Origin: Candidatus Helarchaeota archaeon
Lineage (GTDB): Archaea > Asgardarchaeota > Lokiarchaeia > Helarchaeales > RDOG01
Length of the DNA: 64,000 nt
Reading direction: 5' to 3'
Assembly (NCBI GenBank): GCA_019058315.1
Contig: JAHPZH010000001.1
Span: 1,347,218 to 1,411,217 of the forward strand
Position 1 is the stretch's first letter, and the number at the start of each line of letters is the position of its first letter. Below are positions 1-10,038 of this stretch, one piece after another. The notes beneath the pieces are model-generated. The model was not told the DNA's origin, ran no database searches, and saw nothing but the letters and a program-made list of their open reading frames with translations. The translations under genes and the position numbers were made by a program.

Positions 1-1799
1 ATATACGTTAGAGTCATTAAAGCTCTATCAAATGCGTCACTTGCTTTTTTATAATTATCTGCAGCGGCAGTGTAATTACATAATCGGTCTTCAATTTGTG
101 CAAGATAAATATATCCCGATCCGACTAAATTTGAATATCCTTGATCTTTACAAAATGTTATTGCATCATTATATGCCACGATTCCCTTATTAAACATATC
201 ACCATTTGTTAATATTCCCAATTCATAATATGTTTCTCCAATCATAAACAAATTTTCAATGTAATACCATGTTTCCTCATAAATATGCTTTTTTAAAAAG
301 AATTCAAGCGATTTTTTTAGATAATTTACCTTTTCTGATTTATCTTTTGAATGTTTTGCTAATAATAATCCAATTCTTGGATAACAATACCCAAAGACAT
401 GGCTATAATTATAAGATCGTTCCTTTGTAACTCCAATATAATTCGAAATCTCATTAAAATATTCAATAGCACTTTGTAAATGCTTGTTTCTTTTTATATC
501 CTCAAATATATCTCCCAATCCTATATGACCCACACATAAAAGAGCTTTATAAAATTGATTATATAAAATATAATTTGGATCAATCATTATTGGAATTCTA
601 AAATTTGTTAACATATCCAATATCCTATTAGCAAACTCCACTCGTTGAATACTTAACGTTGCACGACTCATAGCCCCGATCATGAAGGTAAATGCACTAT
701 AAAAAACCCCATGTGCTGCCATAATTTTAGGAAAATGTAATTTACTAGCATTAATACTTTTTTCTAAGTCTTGTAGAATTAAATTAACATCTTTTGCGAA
801 AAAACCAATAGAAATTAAGAACATTGCAGTGGAGAATCGCGAGTAATAAAAAAATATTAAACCTGAAACGGGGATGCTTTTTGATAAGAATTCATCTCCT
901 TTCTTTGCGGCCTTTTGAGCTCTATTTAAATATTTTTTTTGTTCAAATTGACTCAGTGCAAAATACGCACTAAAAATAAAATTAAAAAATAAATTAGCAG
1001 CATATGAAAAAAATAACCAAGGAAGTTTATTCGATTTTTTAAATTTACTAATTAATTCATCAGATAATTCTAGCCAATTGAGGACATGTTGTTTTATATT
1101 TTTTTTATCAATTGGTGAATAGACAATAAGCCATGCAGTATATTCCTCAATACTAATTAAAAAATGATAGAAGCAAATTTCAGGTACATTTTGTTCCTTT
1201 CTTAATTCATCCCATATGTTTTCTAGAGTAATTTTAAATTCTAAAGATAAATCATCAAAATTTGCATTTTTATCATTTCTAATACATTTTTCAGCAAAAA
1301 TCAATTCTTGTGTTCTGTTTTCTAGAACTGCCATTTTTAATGATTCTATTCCATTTCCTTTTTTGGTATTTAGGATTTTTGCATCATGAAAATTTTTTTT
1401 AGCAGATTCAAGTAATAATTTTTCTTTTCCTTTCTCGGCTTCTGATATATATTTTAAAATATCAATAAAACCTAAAGTTCCTTTAATTTTTTCTTCTATT
1501 TGCAACTGAGTAAATATTTTATATGCTTTCTGATAATATTCTAAAGCAAATTTAAAATCATTTAATACATTTTCTTCTGTTTTTTCGAAATCTGCGGCTA
1601 TTTGATAGATCTCACCAAGTTTATAATATGCTTCACCTATTTTCTCTTTAAAATTTTCAGGTTGAGTTTGATGAATTTTTTCTATATTTTTTAATATCTC
1701 TATAGCCTTTCCCCAATTATGATTGTGTTCTTCTATCTCTACTTTTTTTAAAAAGTCATTAATTACTTCTAAGCTTTCCTTTTTCGAGATATCTGACAT
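1..1799 (-). CDS. TPR/alpha-solenoid protein, partial (runs off left edge; not in ORF track)
   Basis: ATG at 1799 (MSDISKKESLEVIND...). Frame open in the segments I translated at both ends. TPR-like helices: IGEAYYKLGEIYQIAA..ALEYYQKAYKIF and GYIYLAQIEDRLCNYTAAADNYKKA. Confidence 0.8.
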   Translation of the reverse strand, partial: MSDISKKESLEVINDFLKKVEIEEHNHNWGKAIEILKNIEKIHQTQPENFKEKIGEAYYKLGEIYQIAADFEKTEENVLNDFKFALEYYQKAYKIFTQLQIEEKIKGTLGFIDILKYISEAEKGKEKLLLESAKKNFHDAKILNTKKGNGIESLKMAVLENRTQELIFAEKCIRNDKNANFDDLSLEFKITLENIWDELRKEQNVPEICFYHFLISIEEYTAWLIVYSPIDKKNIKQHVLNWLELSDELISKFKKSNKLPWLFFSYAANLFFNFIFSAYFALSQFEQKKYLNRAQKAAKKGDEFLSKSIPVSGLIFFYYSRFSTAMFLISIGFFAKDVNLILQDLEKSINASKLHFPKIMAAHGVFYSAFTFMIGAMSRATLSIQRVEFANRILDMLTNFRIPIMIDPNYILYNQFYKALLCVGHIGLGDIFEDIKRNKHLQSAIEYFNEISNYIGVTKERSYNYSHVFGYCYPRIGLLLAKHSKDKSEKVNYLKKSLEFFLKKHIYEETWYYIENLFMIGETYYELGILTNGDMFNKGIVAYNDAITFCKDQGYSNLVGSGYIYLAQIEDRLCNYTAAADNYKKASDAFDRALMTLTY

Positions 1800-1949
1800 A
1801 ATAATATCCCCATGTAATCTTCCGTTGAGATGTTAAATAATAATAGAAAAGACAATAAAAAATTTATTAAAAATTCAAATAGATAGTAATTTATACTATT
1901 TCAAATAAAATTGAAGAATAAATTATCTAAAAATTAGCGAGAACAAAAA

Positions 1950-2450
1950 ATGGCTGAAATTCTCATTATTCGACAACCTAAAACTGAAAAAGAATTTGAA
2001 TTAATGTATAATTTGAGATGGCGAGTTTTAAGGAAGCCTTGGGATCGACCTCGGGGTTCTGAAAAAGATGAAGATGAATCTATCTCGAGTCATTTTATTG
2101 CAATAGCGGATAATAAAATTATTGGGACCGCACGATACCATAAGATAAATGAAAAGGTTGGTAGGGTTAGGTATCTAGCTGTAGCTGAAGAATATCGTGG
2201 AAGAGGTGTTGCTCGTTCTATAATGGAAGCAATTGATCTAACAGCATGCAATCAGAATTTAAAATACTTGATTCTGAGTGCACGACATACAGCTGCGGAA
2301 TTTTTTAAAAAGATGGGTTATAAAATAATGGGAGAAGGAAAAACACTTTTTGGAGAAATCAAACATTATAAAATGGTAAAAAAATTTAAAGAAAATATTT
2401 CTAGAATGCAAGAAATAATTGATAATTTAAGAAAAACGCTAGATTCTTGA
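1950..2450 (+). CDS. GNAT N-acetyltransferase
   Basis: Acetyl-CoA motif LAVAEEYRGRGVA; FFKKMGY. Confidence 0.9.
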   Translation: MAEILIIRQPKTEKEFELMYNLRWRVLRKPWDRPRGSEKDEDESISSHFIAIADNKIIGTARYHKINEKVGRVRYLAVAEEYRGRGVARSIMEAIDLTACNQNLKYLILSARHTAAEFFKKMGYKIMGEGKTLFGEIKHYKMVKKFKENISRMQEIIDNLRKTLDS

Positions 2451-2508
2451 ATTAAATTCAAAAATCAGCATTATAAAGTAATATTATTTAAATGGAGATA
2501 GGATATAA

Positions 2509-3153
2509 ATGATCTATTTAGAAGAAACGTTTAATATTGTTCCAGCCAGTCCTGAAGGCTTGGATATATTTGTTAGATTTGTGCAAGAGAAATTAATGCC
2601 AATAGGTCAAAAACTAGGGTTGAATTTGATAACGGCTTGGTTTAGCAATGTTGATTTATTTAGCCAAGTTACACATATAACGGAATTTGATGACTTGGAA
2701 GCATTAAAGGTGTTCCGGATTAAATCCAGCGAAGAGAAAGCATGGGGAGAATATTTAGCAGGTTTGGAAGAATTAGCTCCAGAACGGCACTCTCGATTAT
2801 TAGAACCATTAGAAAGTGTTCCGCCTAAAGCTTTACATAAAGCAATTAAAAGAAGCCAACGAAAGCCATTAGATGTTTATAGCCTAGCAGTACTCGAAGT
2901 GGCCCCTGGTAAGATGCAAGATTTTATTTCATCGCTAAAGGATGCGGCCAAAGGGTTCCCAATTATAGCTAGTTGGCGTCCTGTTACGGGAAGCCCAAAT
3001 GAGGTGATTGATTTATGGAAGGGATCAATAACACAACAAAGTTACAAACCAGCTGACGACTTTATGAAAGAATTTTTTAGACAAGTCCGAGACTTAGCAC
3101 CAAAAGAACGTTTGAGAACTGTATATGCACTACCATACTCACAATTGAGATGA
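2509..3153 (+). CDS. NIPSNAP-family protein (two domains)
   Basis: Two NIPSNAP-like halves (VTHITEFDDL; VAPGKMQDF...GSPNEVIDLW...PYSQLR). Confidence 0.7.
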   Translation: MIYLEETFNIVPASPEGLDIFVRFVQEKLMPIGQKLGLNLITAWFSNVDLFSQVTHITEFDDLEALKVFRIKSSEEKAWGEYLAGLEELAPERHSRLLEPLESVPPKALHKAIKRSQRKPLDVYSLAVLEVAPGKMQDFISSLKDAAKGFPIIASWRPVTGSPNEVIDLWKGSITQQSYKPADDFMKEFFRQVRDLAPKERLRTVYALPYSQLR

Positions 3154-4445
3154 AGGTTATGTCTGAAAAATCAGGTAAATCTATGAGAAAAAGAAGTGAT
3201 AAACTCAAAGGGTTACAAGTAATTACAAGTCAGGGTATTAAATTTCGTCATCCTATGAAAGATGTTCATACAGCCAGTATGATCATTTCTGGATGTGGTT
3301 GGGTCGACACGGACGATGGCATTGTGTTAATTGACACTTTGATCAATAAAAAAGCTGCTAAAACGACTTATGATAAGATCCATGAGGTAAGTAAAGGTAG
3401 GATTAAATATATAATTTATACACATGGTCATGGAGATCATATCGGTGGATGTGAAGTTTTTATGGCTGACAAACCAGAAGTCATAGCTAGCAAATATTTA
3501 CCCGCCCGACTTGATAAATATAGAATGTTGGCTCAACATAGAAACCGAATTTCAGCTCAACAGTTTGACTTGCCAGAAATAAAAATGCCTGAAAAACAAA
3601 TCGCTAGAATATATTCCAGTGTTATCTATCCAACTAAAACGTTTTTAGGAGAGATGACTTTTAAATTAGGAGATAAAACCTTTGAACTCCATACAACACG
3701 TGCAGAAACTGATGATGCGTGTTGGGTATGGATACCTGAGATAAATGCAGCATTTGTTGGAGATTTGATTATTGGAAGTTTCCCAAACATTGGCAATCCA
3801 TGGAAACCAACTCGTTTCGCCTTGGATTGGGTAAAAGCATTAGAAGAGGTTCGAGCCAAAGAGCCTGAAATCATTTTTGCTAGTGGAGCAGGCATAATGT
3901 ATAGAGATGATGATGTCTCAGCCGTTTTAGATGCAAATATCGAAGCAATCCGTAATATGCATGATCAAGTCATTGACTGTATTAATAAGGATATCCATAT
4001 AACGGAGATGATTCATAAAATTCAGCTACCAGATCATCTCAAAAATAATCCACATCTTGCTTTCTTATACTCTCGACCAGAATTTTTTGTATACAATGTA
4101 TATCGGTGGTATCATGGTTATTTTGATGGTAATCCAGCAAATCTATTACCCCGACCAGAGAAAGAAGTTATGGATGAGATTTATAAAATTATAGGTGATC
4201 CAGAAAAAATCTTGAATAGCGCCAAAGATCTCTTCGATCAGAATCAGGTGCAACTAGGTCTTCAAATATTGGATATTTTGATTCAGGCAGATCCAGAAAA
4301 TATTAATGCACGAAAATTACGGATAAGAATGCTTAAAAAATTAGGTTCAAGGGATTATTGTTTAATGTCCCGTAACGCTTGGGTTTATTTTATTAAAAAG
4401 GATAAGAAATTTATTCGCTCAAGAGAAAAAGCTAAGACTAATTAA
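3150..4445 (+). CDS. MBL-fold alkyl sulfatase-like hydrolase (SdsA family)
   Basis: YTHGHGDH motif, FPNIGNP, YHGYFDGNPANL dimerisation region. True start may be ATG 3159. Confidence 0.85.
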   Translation: MKVMSEKSGKSMRKRSDKLKGLQVITSQGIKFRHPMKDVHTASMIISGCGWVDTDDGIVLIDTLINKKAAKTTYDKIHEVSKGRIKYIIYTHGHGDHIGGCEVFMADKPEVIASKYLPARLDKYRMLAQHRNRISAQQFDLPEIKMPEKQIARIYSSVIYPTKTFLGEMTFKLGDKTFELHTTRAETDDACWVWIPEINAAFVGDLIIGSFPNIGNPWKPTRFALDWVKALEEVRAKEPEIIFASGAGIMYRDDDVSAVLDANIEAIRNMHDQVIDCINKDIHITEMIHKIQLPDHLKNNPHLAFLYSRPEFFVYNVYRWYHGYFDGNPANLLPRPEKEVMDEIYKIIGDPEKILNSAKDLFDQNQVQLGLQILDILIQADPENINARKLRIRMLKKLGSRDYCLMSRNAWVYFIKKDKKFIRSREKAKTN

Positions 4446-4473
4446 AATAAATCCATTAAGATGGAAACCTAAC

Positions 4474-6006
4474 TTATGCATCAAAATCTTTCAATTTATC
4501 AATTAATTCTTGAGCTCTTTCTTCCAAAATTTTTAAATCTGCCAATTTAATTCCAGACTTCTTCATTTGTGCTTTAATTGATTCTAATTCCTTAAATATA
4601 TTCTTCTTTTTCTCTTTATAGCTTTTACAATATTTCACTACTGCCTTTGCATCATTAATATTCAAACCCTCTATTTTTTCGATCTGATTATTAGATAGAT
4701 CTAAGGTTTGTAATTGGGAGAGGGGTTCCAACCCCTGTATTTTATCGATCCGATTATTAGATAGTAATAGTGATAGTAATTGGGAGAGATTTTCCAATCC
4801 CTCTATCTTAGCAATCTTATTATTATTGAGAGATAATGTTTGTAACTGGTTCAGGTTTTCCAATCGCTCTATCTTTGTGATTTGATTATTTGCAAGAAAT
4901 AATTCTATCAAATGGGAGGGAGTTTCCATTCCCTCTAATTTGACGATCTGGTTATTGCTGATAGATAATAATTGTAACTGGTTAAGCTTTTCTAATCCCT
5001 GTATCTTTGTGATCTGATTTTCTGTAAACTCTAAATGTTCTAATTGGAGGAGGGTTTCCAATCCCTCTATCTTTTTGATCTGGTTTTTAAATAGAACTAA
5101 TATTTTTAATTTGGTGAGGTTTTCTAATCCTTCTATCTTTGAGATTTGATTATTCGAAAGATATAATGTTAGTAAATTGGAGAGAGTTTTCATACCTTCT
5201 ATCTTCGCAATCTGATTATTAACGAGAGATAAAGTTTGTAATTGGTTAAGATTTTCTAAGCCCTCTATTTTTGTGATCTGATTATCTACAAGCTGTAAAT
5301 CTTGTAATTGGGATAGAGTTTCCAATCCTTCTATCTTCTTGATCTTATTACGTTCAAGATATAAATTTTTTAATTGAAGGAGGGTTTCTAACCCTTCTAT
5401 CTTGGTAATCTGATTATTAAATAGAGCTAATGTTTGTAATTTGGTGACTTTTTTTAATCCCTCAATTTTTGTGATCTGATTCAACCCAAGATTTAATAGT
5501 TTTAATTGGAAGAGGGTTTCCAATCCCTCCATCTCTTTGATCTGATTATTTTCAATCCATAATTCCTGTAATTGGGAGAGTGGTTTCAAGCCCTGTATCT
5601 TATCTATCTGATTATAATTAAAATCTAAAATTAGTAATTGGGAAAGATTTTCCAATCCCTCTATCTTTGTAATTTGATTTTTAGTGAGAAATAATTTTTG
5701 TAATTGAGTAAGATTTTCTAATCCCTCTATCTTTGTGATCTGATTGTCCCCAAGACTTAATACTTGTAATTTGGAGAGTTTGTCCAACCCCTCTATCCTT
5801 TTGATCCGATTTTGTGCTAGATATAATGTTTCTAAATGAGAGAGTCCCTCCAACCCCTCTATTTTAGTGACCCCTTTATTAGATATGTTAATGGAATAAA
5901 CGTGCCAGTCTTTATTTACCAATATATCAAATTTACTAAGTTTATATTTCTTTGTTAGTCTTTCAATTGCTTCTTCTTCTTCTGGCTGAAATTCAATATT
6001 TGCCAT
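4474..6006 (-). CDS. SDS22-like leucine-rich repeat protein (~18 x 22-aa repeats) with C-terminal coiled coil
   Basis: Repeated IEGLENLSQLQxLxLxxNQITK; no signal peptide. Confidence 0.95.
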   Translation of the reverse strand: MANIEFQPEEEEAIERLTKKYKLSKFDILVNKDWHVYSINISNKGVTKIEGLEGLSHLETLYLAQNRIKRIEGLDKLSKLQVLSLGDNQITKIEGLENLTQLQKLFLTKNQITKIEGLENLSQLLILDFNYNQIDKIQGLKPLSQLQELWIENNQIKEMEGLETLFQLKLLNLGLNQITKIEGLKKVTKLQTLALFNNQITKIEGLETLLQLKNLYLERNKIKKIEGLETLSQLQDLQLVDNQITKIEGLENLNQLQTLSLVNNQIAKIEGMKTLSNLLTLYLSNNQISKIEGLENLTKLKILVLFKNQIKKIEGLETLLQLEHLEFTENQITKIQGLEKLNQLQLLSISNNQIVKLEGMETPSHLIELFLANNQITKIERLENLNQLQTLSLNNNKIAKIEGLENLSQLLSLLLSNNRIDKIQGLEPLSQLQTLDLSNNQIEKIEGLNINDAKAVVKYCKSYKEKKKNIFKELESIKAQMKKSGIKLADLKILEERAQELIDKLKDFDA

Positions 6007-6073
6007 ATTTTAACACGAAATTGATATTTACTTTATTTACTACAACATGCTTATTGCCTTTTCTATTAGATTT

Positions 6074-7093
6074 TCATTTATTAATTGCATTCAATTTATC
6101 AATTAATTGTTGAGCCCTTTTTTCTAAATTTTCTAAATCTACCAACTTAATGCCTGGCATGTTCATTTGTTCTTTTATTGATTCTAATTTCTCTAATAGA
6201 TTTTGTTTGTATAAGTTTTTAGAATATTTTACTATTGCTTGTGCATCATTCATATCCAAACCGTCCACTTTAGCGATTTGATTATTTTCAAGGTATAATG
6301 ATTCTAATTGTGAGAGGTGTTCCAATCCCCCTAATGTCTCTATCTGATTACCAGAAAGATCTAATTTATTTAATTGGGAGAGGTTATCCAGTCCCTCTAT
6401 TTTGGTGATTTGATTATATCCAAGACGTAATTCTAGTAATTGGGATAGGGCTTCTAATCCTTCTATCTTTTTGATCTGATTGTTGAAAAGGTGCAATGTT
6501 TTTATTTTGGTGAGGTTATCCAGCCCCTCTATCTTTTTGATCTGATTATTGTGAAGAGTTAAAGCTTGTAATTGGGAAAGGTTTTCTAACCTCTCTATCT
6601 TCGTGATCTGATTACTTCCAAGCCATAAATATTGTAATTTGGAGAGTGTCTCTATGCCCTCTATCTTTTTGATCTGATTGTCTTCAAGTTGTAATAATTT
6701 TAATTGAGAGAGATTTTCTAATCCTTGAATATTCGTAATCTCATTACTATAGACTTCCAATGTTTCTAATTGAGAGAGATTTTCTAACCCTTCTATCTTT
6801 TTGATTTGATTATTACCTAGATATAATATTTTTAATTGAGATAGCATGTCCAACCCCTCCATCTTAACAATCTTATTACCATAAAGTTCTAATTGTCGTA
6901 ATTGGGAGAGAGTTTCCAACCCTTCTATCCTCGTGAACCCTTTAAGTGATAGACCAAGAGAATAAACGTGTCCTTCATTATTAACATCGAAATCTTGCTC
7001 CTCAAGTCCATAGTTCTTTATTAAGAAATCAATTGTTTCTCTTTCTTCTTGAAATTTAATTTTTTCCATGTTCAACCACGAAGTCGATGTCAT
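6074..7093 (-). CDS. SDS22-like LRR protein (~10 repeats), tandem paralog of 4474..6006
   Basis: Same 22-aa repeat; shared N-cap and C-terminal LESIKxQM..GIKL.DL..LE.RAQ.LIDKL. Confidence 0.95.
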   Translation of the reverse strand: MTSTSWLNMEKIKFQEERETIDFLIKNYGLEEQDFDVNNEGHVYSLGLSLKGFTRIEGLETLSQLRQLELYGNKIVKMEGLDMLSQLKILYLGNNQIKKIEGLENLSQLETLEVYSNEITNIQGLENLSQLKLLQLEDNQIKKIEGIETLSKLQYLWLGSNQITKIERLENLSQLQALTLHNNQIKKIEGLDNLTKIKTLHLFNNQIKKIEGLEALSQLLELRLGYNQITKIEGLDNLSQLNKLDLSGNQIETLGGLEHLSQLESLYLENNQIAKVDGLDMNDAQAIVKYSKNLYKQNLLEKLESIKEQMNMPGIKLVDLENLEKRAQQLIDKLNAINK

Positions 7094-7203
7094 GATGATG
7101 TATTTACAACAGGTCTATTGAGTTTTCTTTTTTATTTAATCTCAATTTAAATTAATAGCAGCTATAGTGTTATTATAAAAAATTTTTTTTTAATTCTTAC
7201 TAT

Positions 7204-7833
7204 TTATAATAATTCTTCACATTTTTTTACAGCATCTTGGGGATCTTTACCGAAGGCAACACCTAATTTATCTGCAATAGCTTTAGTGAATGCAGACCCT
7301 CCAACAATTATTTTAATTTTATCTCTAAGATTCTCCTTTTCCAATAAATTAGTAATTTCTTTTACAGATTCAATTGCCATTGTGAGAAGAGCTGACAATG
7401 CCAAAATATCAGCATTCATTTTTTTAATAAATTCTATAAATTTTTCAGCAGGAACATCAACTCCTAGATCTTCGACATAGAATCCTGCTGCTCTTAATAT
7501 TGTAATTACGATATTTTTTCCAATATCATGAATATCACCTTTGACAGTTCCAAATACAATTTTTCCTTTCGCTTTTGTTTTAATATCTTCCTTTAATATA
7601 GGTTTTAATTCTTCGAACGCATCCTGGAAGATGTCTCCACCTGTTATTAGCTCCGCTAAAAAATATTCTTTTTTCTCAAATAAATCACCTACAATTTTTA
7701 CACCTTGAGAAAGCCATTCTATTATTTTTAAAGGTTTTGTACCTTTTTCAATTTCTTTTTTCACGAGCTCCATAACTTTGGCTCTTTTTAAATCGCCCAT
7801 TGCATTAATTAATTCATTATTCATATTAATCAC
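7204..7833 (-). CDS. Corrinoid (B12-binding) methyl-carrier protein
   Basis: GTVKGDIHDIGKNIV (DxHxxG), SALLT, VGG; N-terminal cap domain. Likely start ATG 7824. Confidence 0.95.
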   Translation of the reverse strand: MINMNNELINAMGDLKRAKVMELVKKEIEKGTKPLKIIEWLSQGVKIVGDLFEKKEYFLAELITGGDIFQDAFEELKPILKEDIKTKAKGKIVFGTVKGDIHDIGKNIVITILRAAGFYVEDLGVDVPAEKFIEFIKKMNADILALSALLTMAIESVKEITNLLEKENLRDKIKIIVGGSAFTKAIADKLGVAFGKDPQDAVKKCEELL

Positions 7834-7837
7834 TTAT

Positions 7838-8980
7838 TTAAGCTTTATATAAACCATATTTCATTACAGAATCTCTCATTGCTTTTAAATTAGCAAGCGA
7901 AACGTTGTCAGGTAGAACGCAAGCAGAACATAGCATATATCCTCCACCTTCTTTGCATCCTTCAATTTGTTTCCTACAGTATTTTTCGACTTCCTTTGGG
8001 GACCCCAAACCGGTAATTTGAGGTGGTAAATTCCCCATTATACAGGCTCTATCTCCCAAAATTTCCTTAGCTTTGAAAATATCGGTTAGGTCTAAATGAA
8101 ACATAATCTTACCCTTAGGAAATTCCGTAAAATACTCTAATACATCTGTATAGTCATTATCTAGATGATATTGAACAATACAACCTTTTTTAATAATGAA
8201 ATCAGAAATTTTTTTAATATGTGGCCAAAATAACTCAAATTTTTTAGGAGAAATTAAATTAGTTGCTATACGACTGAATCCGAAAAGGACCATTTTTGGA
8301 CCTTTATGACCTCCAAGAGTAAGGATTTGTAATTGCCCATCAAGAGTTTTCAGCATTTCATCAGTAGTAGCATCACAGGCTTCTACTAATTTTTCTGGAA
8401 TTTCCACTACATCTGTTAAATATTTGTTAAAGGACCTCAGAAAAGAAATAATATCCACAGGTGGTTCAATATACCCATGTGCAAGCGCCATAAGTCCCTT
8501 TTCTTTATGCCAACGACCAATATCTAGTGCCACATAGTCATTTAATATTTTGGACAGCTCTTTCTGTAACTTTCTATCCTTTCTTTTAAAGAGAGAATAA
8601 CCCTTTTCTATTAATAGATCATAATCCTCACGCTTCATTATTTCACGTTCATTCATCTGCTCTGAAACATTACCTTTTGGGAGCGTCCAGTCGAAATAAA
8701 ACATACTATGACTGTTGGGAAAAGGTGCATAATAGCCCAATATGGGAGATGTTCCTGATAAAATATCAAACCCGCCAGTCATATTCCACAATTTTTTACT
8801 TGCTTCAAATGATTTAGATATGTCAAAAAAAAACTCTTCAATCGTTATTCCTGTTAATAATGCAGGAGCACAATGGAAGGCTGCTACTACTGGCACCCTA
8901 TCCGGTTCCTTAATGGATAAAACTGTCTCTACACGCTCTTTTGGAAGCATGGTGTCCTTATCGTGTAATTTAAAACTCAA
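7838..8980 (-). CDS. Uroporphyrinogen decarboxylase-fold methyltransferase (MtaA/CmuA-like)
   Basis: EPDRVPV, AKEILGDRACIMGN, GGGYMLCSAC; 4 nt upstream of the corrinoid protein. Confidence 0.85.
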   Translation of the reverse strand: MSFKLHDKDTMLPKERVETVLSIKEPDRVPVVAAFHCAPALLTGITIEEFFFDISKSFEASKKLWNMTGGFDILSGTSPILGYYAPFPNSHSMFYFDWTLPKGNVSEQMNEREIMKREDYDLLIEKGYSLFKRKDRKLQKELSKILNDYVALDIGRWHKEKGLMALAHGYIEPPVDIISFLRSFNKYLTDVVEIPEKLVEACDATTDEMLKTLDGQLQILTLGGHKGPKMVLFGFSRIATNLISPKKFELFWPHIKKISDFIIKKGCIVQYHLDNDYTDVLEYFTEFPKGKIMFHLDLTDIFKAKEILGDRACIMGNLPPQITGLGSPKEVEKYCRKQIEGCKEGGGYMLCSACVLPDNVSLANLKAMRDSVMKYGLYKA

Positions 8981-9045
8981 ATGAACACTTCTGTCAAATA
9001 TTTTAGGTTAAACATTAAAAAATAAGAAATTTAATTTTAATATAA

Positions 9046-9903
9046 TTATTTTACTGGTTTCAAAGATTCTCTAAACACAAAGGGCATCATTTTATTATAT
9101 TTTTTGATATTGCGAAGAATTTTTTCATTTAATTGGGGTTTAATATCTTTAAAGAGTGTTTTCCAATCGGGATAAGTACGTCCTTGAATTAATGGTGTAA
9201 TTGTGGCTTTCATATTGTCCAATTGAATACGCTTAACCACCGTTCCAGAAGGCAATTTATTTTCATTAGAAGCGAGGTAACTCGCGATTGGTCCTATAAT
9301 TTCAGGGGGGTCCTTTCTACCAGGAGAAGCTCCAGCTAATCTTGTATCAATTAATCCGGGATTAATTGTATATACTTTAACATGTTTTTCCTCCTTTGCA
9401 AGGACATCTGCAAAAAGTAGTAATCCTGCTTTAGAAACTCCATAGGCACTTAAATAAAGCTGACCTTCAATACCAAAACCTGACGATATATTAATAATGC
9501 AACCAGATTTTTGCTTTTTCATAATATTTAAGCTTTCCCTTGTTGCAATAAATGCACCTCTAAGGTTAACATTCATAATCAAATCCCATTCGCTTGTTTT
9601 CATTTTAGCAATAGGTGATCCTCCAGAAACACCTGCATTATTTACCAAAATATCAATTTTATTAAATTCTTCAAATGTCTTGGAAATTAAAGCCTTAATA
9701 TCTTCTTCTTTAGTCATATCTGTGCGTATGGATAATGATTTACGTCCCAATTTATGAATTTCATCTCTAACATTCTCAATTTCGCTTACAGTTCTTGCGG
9801 CAACGACAACATCAGAGCTATTTCTTGCAAAATCTAATGCAATAGCCTTCCCAATGCCGCGTCCGCCACCAGTAACAATTGCTACTTTTCCTTCTAAACT
9901 CAT
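9046..9903 (-). CDS. Short-chain dehydrogenase/reductase
   Basis: TGGGRGIG, NNAG, YGVSK. Confidence 0.95.
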   Translation of the reverse strand: MSLEGKVAIVTGGGRGIGKAIALDFARNSSDVVVAARTVSEIENVRDEIHKLGRKSLSIRTDMTKEEDIKALISKTFEEFNKIDILVNNAGVSGGSPIAKMKTSEWDLIMNVNLRGAFIATRESLNIMKKQKSGCIINISSGFGIEGQLYLSAYGVSKAGLLLFADVLAKEEKHVKVYTINPGLIDTRLAGASPGRKDPPEIIGPIASYLASNENKLPSGTVVKRIQLDNMKATITPLIQGRTYPDWKTLFKDIKPQLNEKILRNIKKYNKMMPFVFRESLKPVK

Positions 9904-10038
9904 TAAGGTTCCCTCATGTTTTAATTAAAATTTTTAATATTGATTCATGAAATAAATTACAATTGGTTAATAAATTATTATTATTTCTGACTCACTATTA
10001 TCTTACTAAAACTTGAAATATTATGGTTTGGGAATAAA

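Noticed and set aside
4474-7093. 66-bp periodic repeats as a CRISPR array or DGR target
   Set aside because: They are in-frame coding LRR units. No cas genes, reverse transcriptase or template repeat are present, and I saw no adenine-specific pattern.
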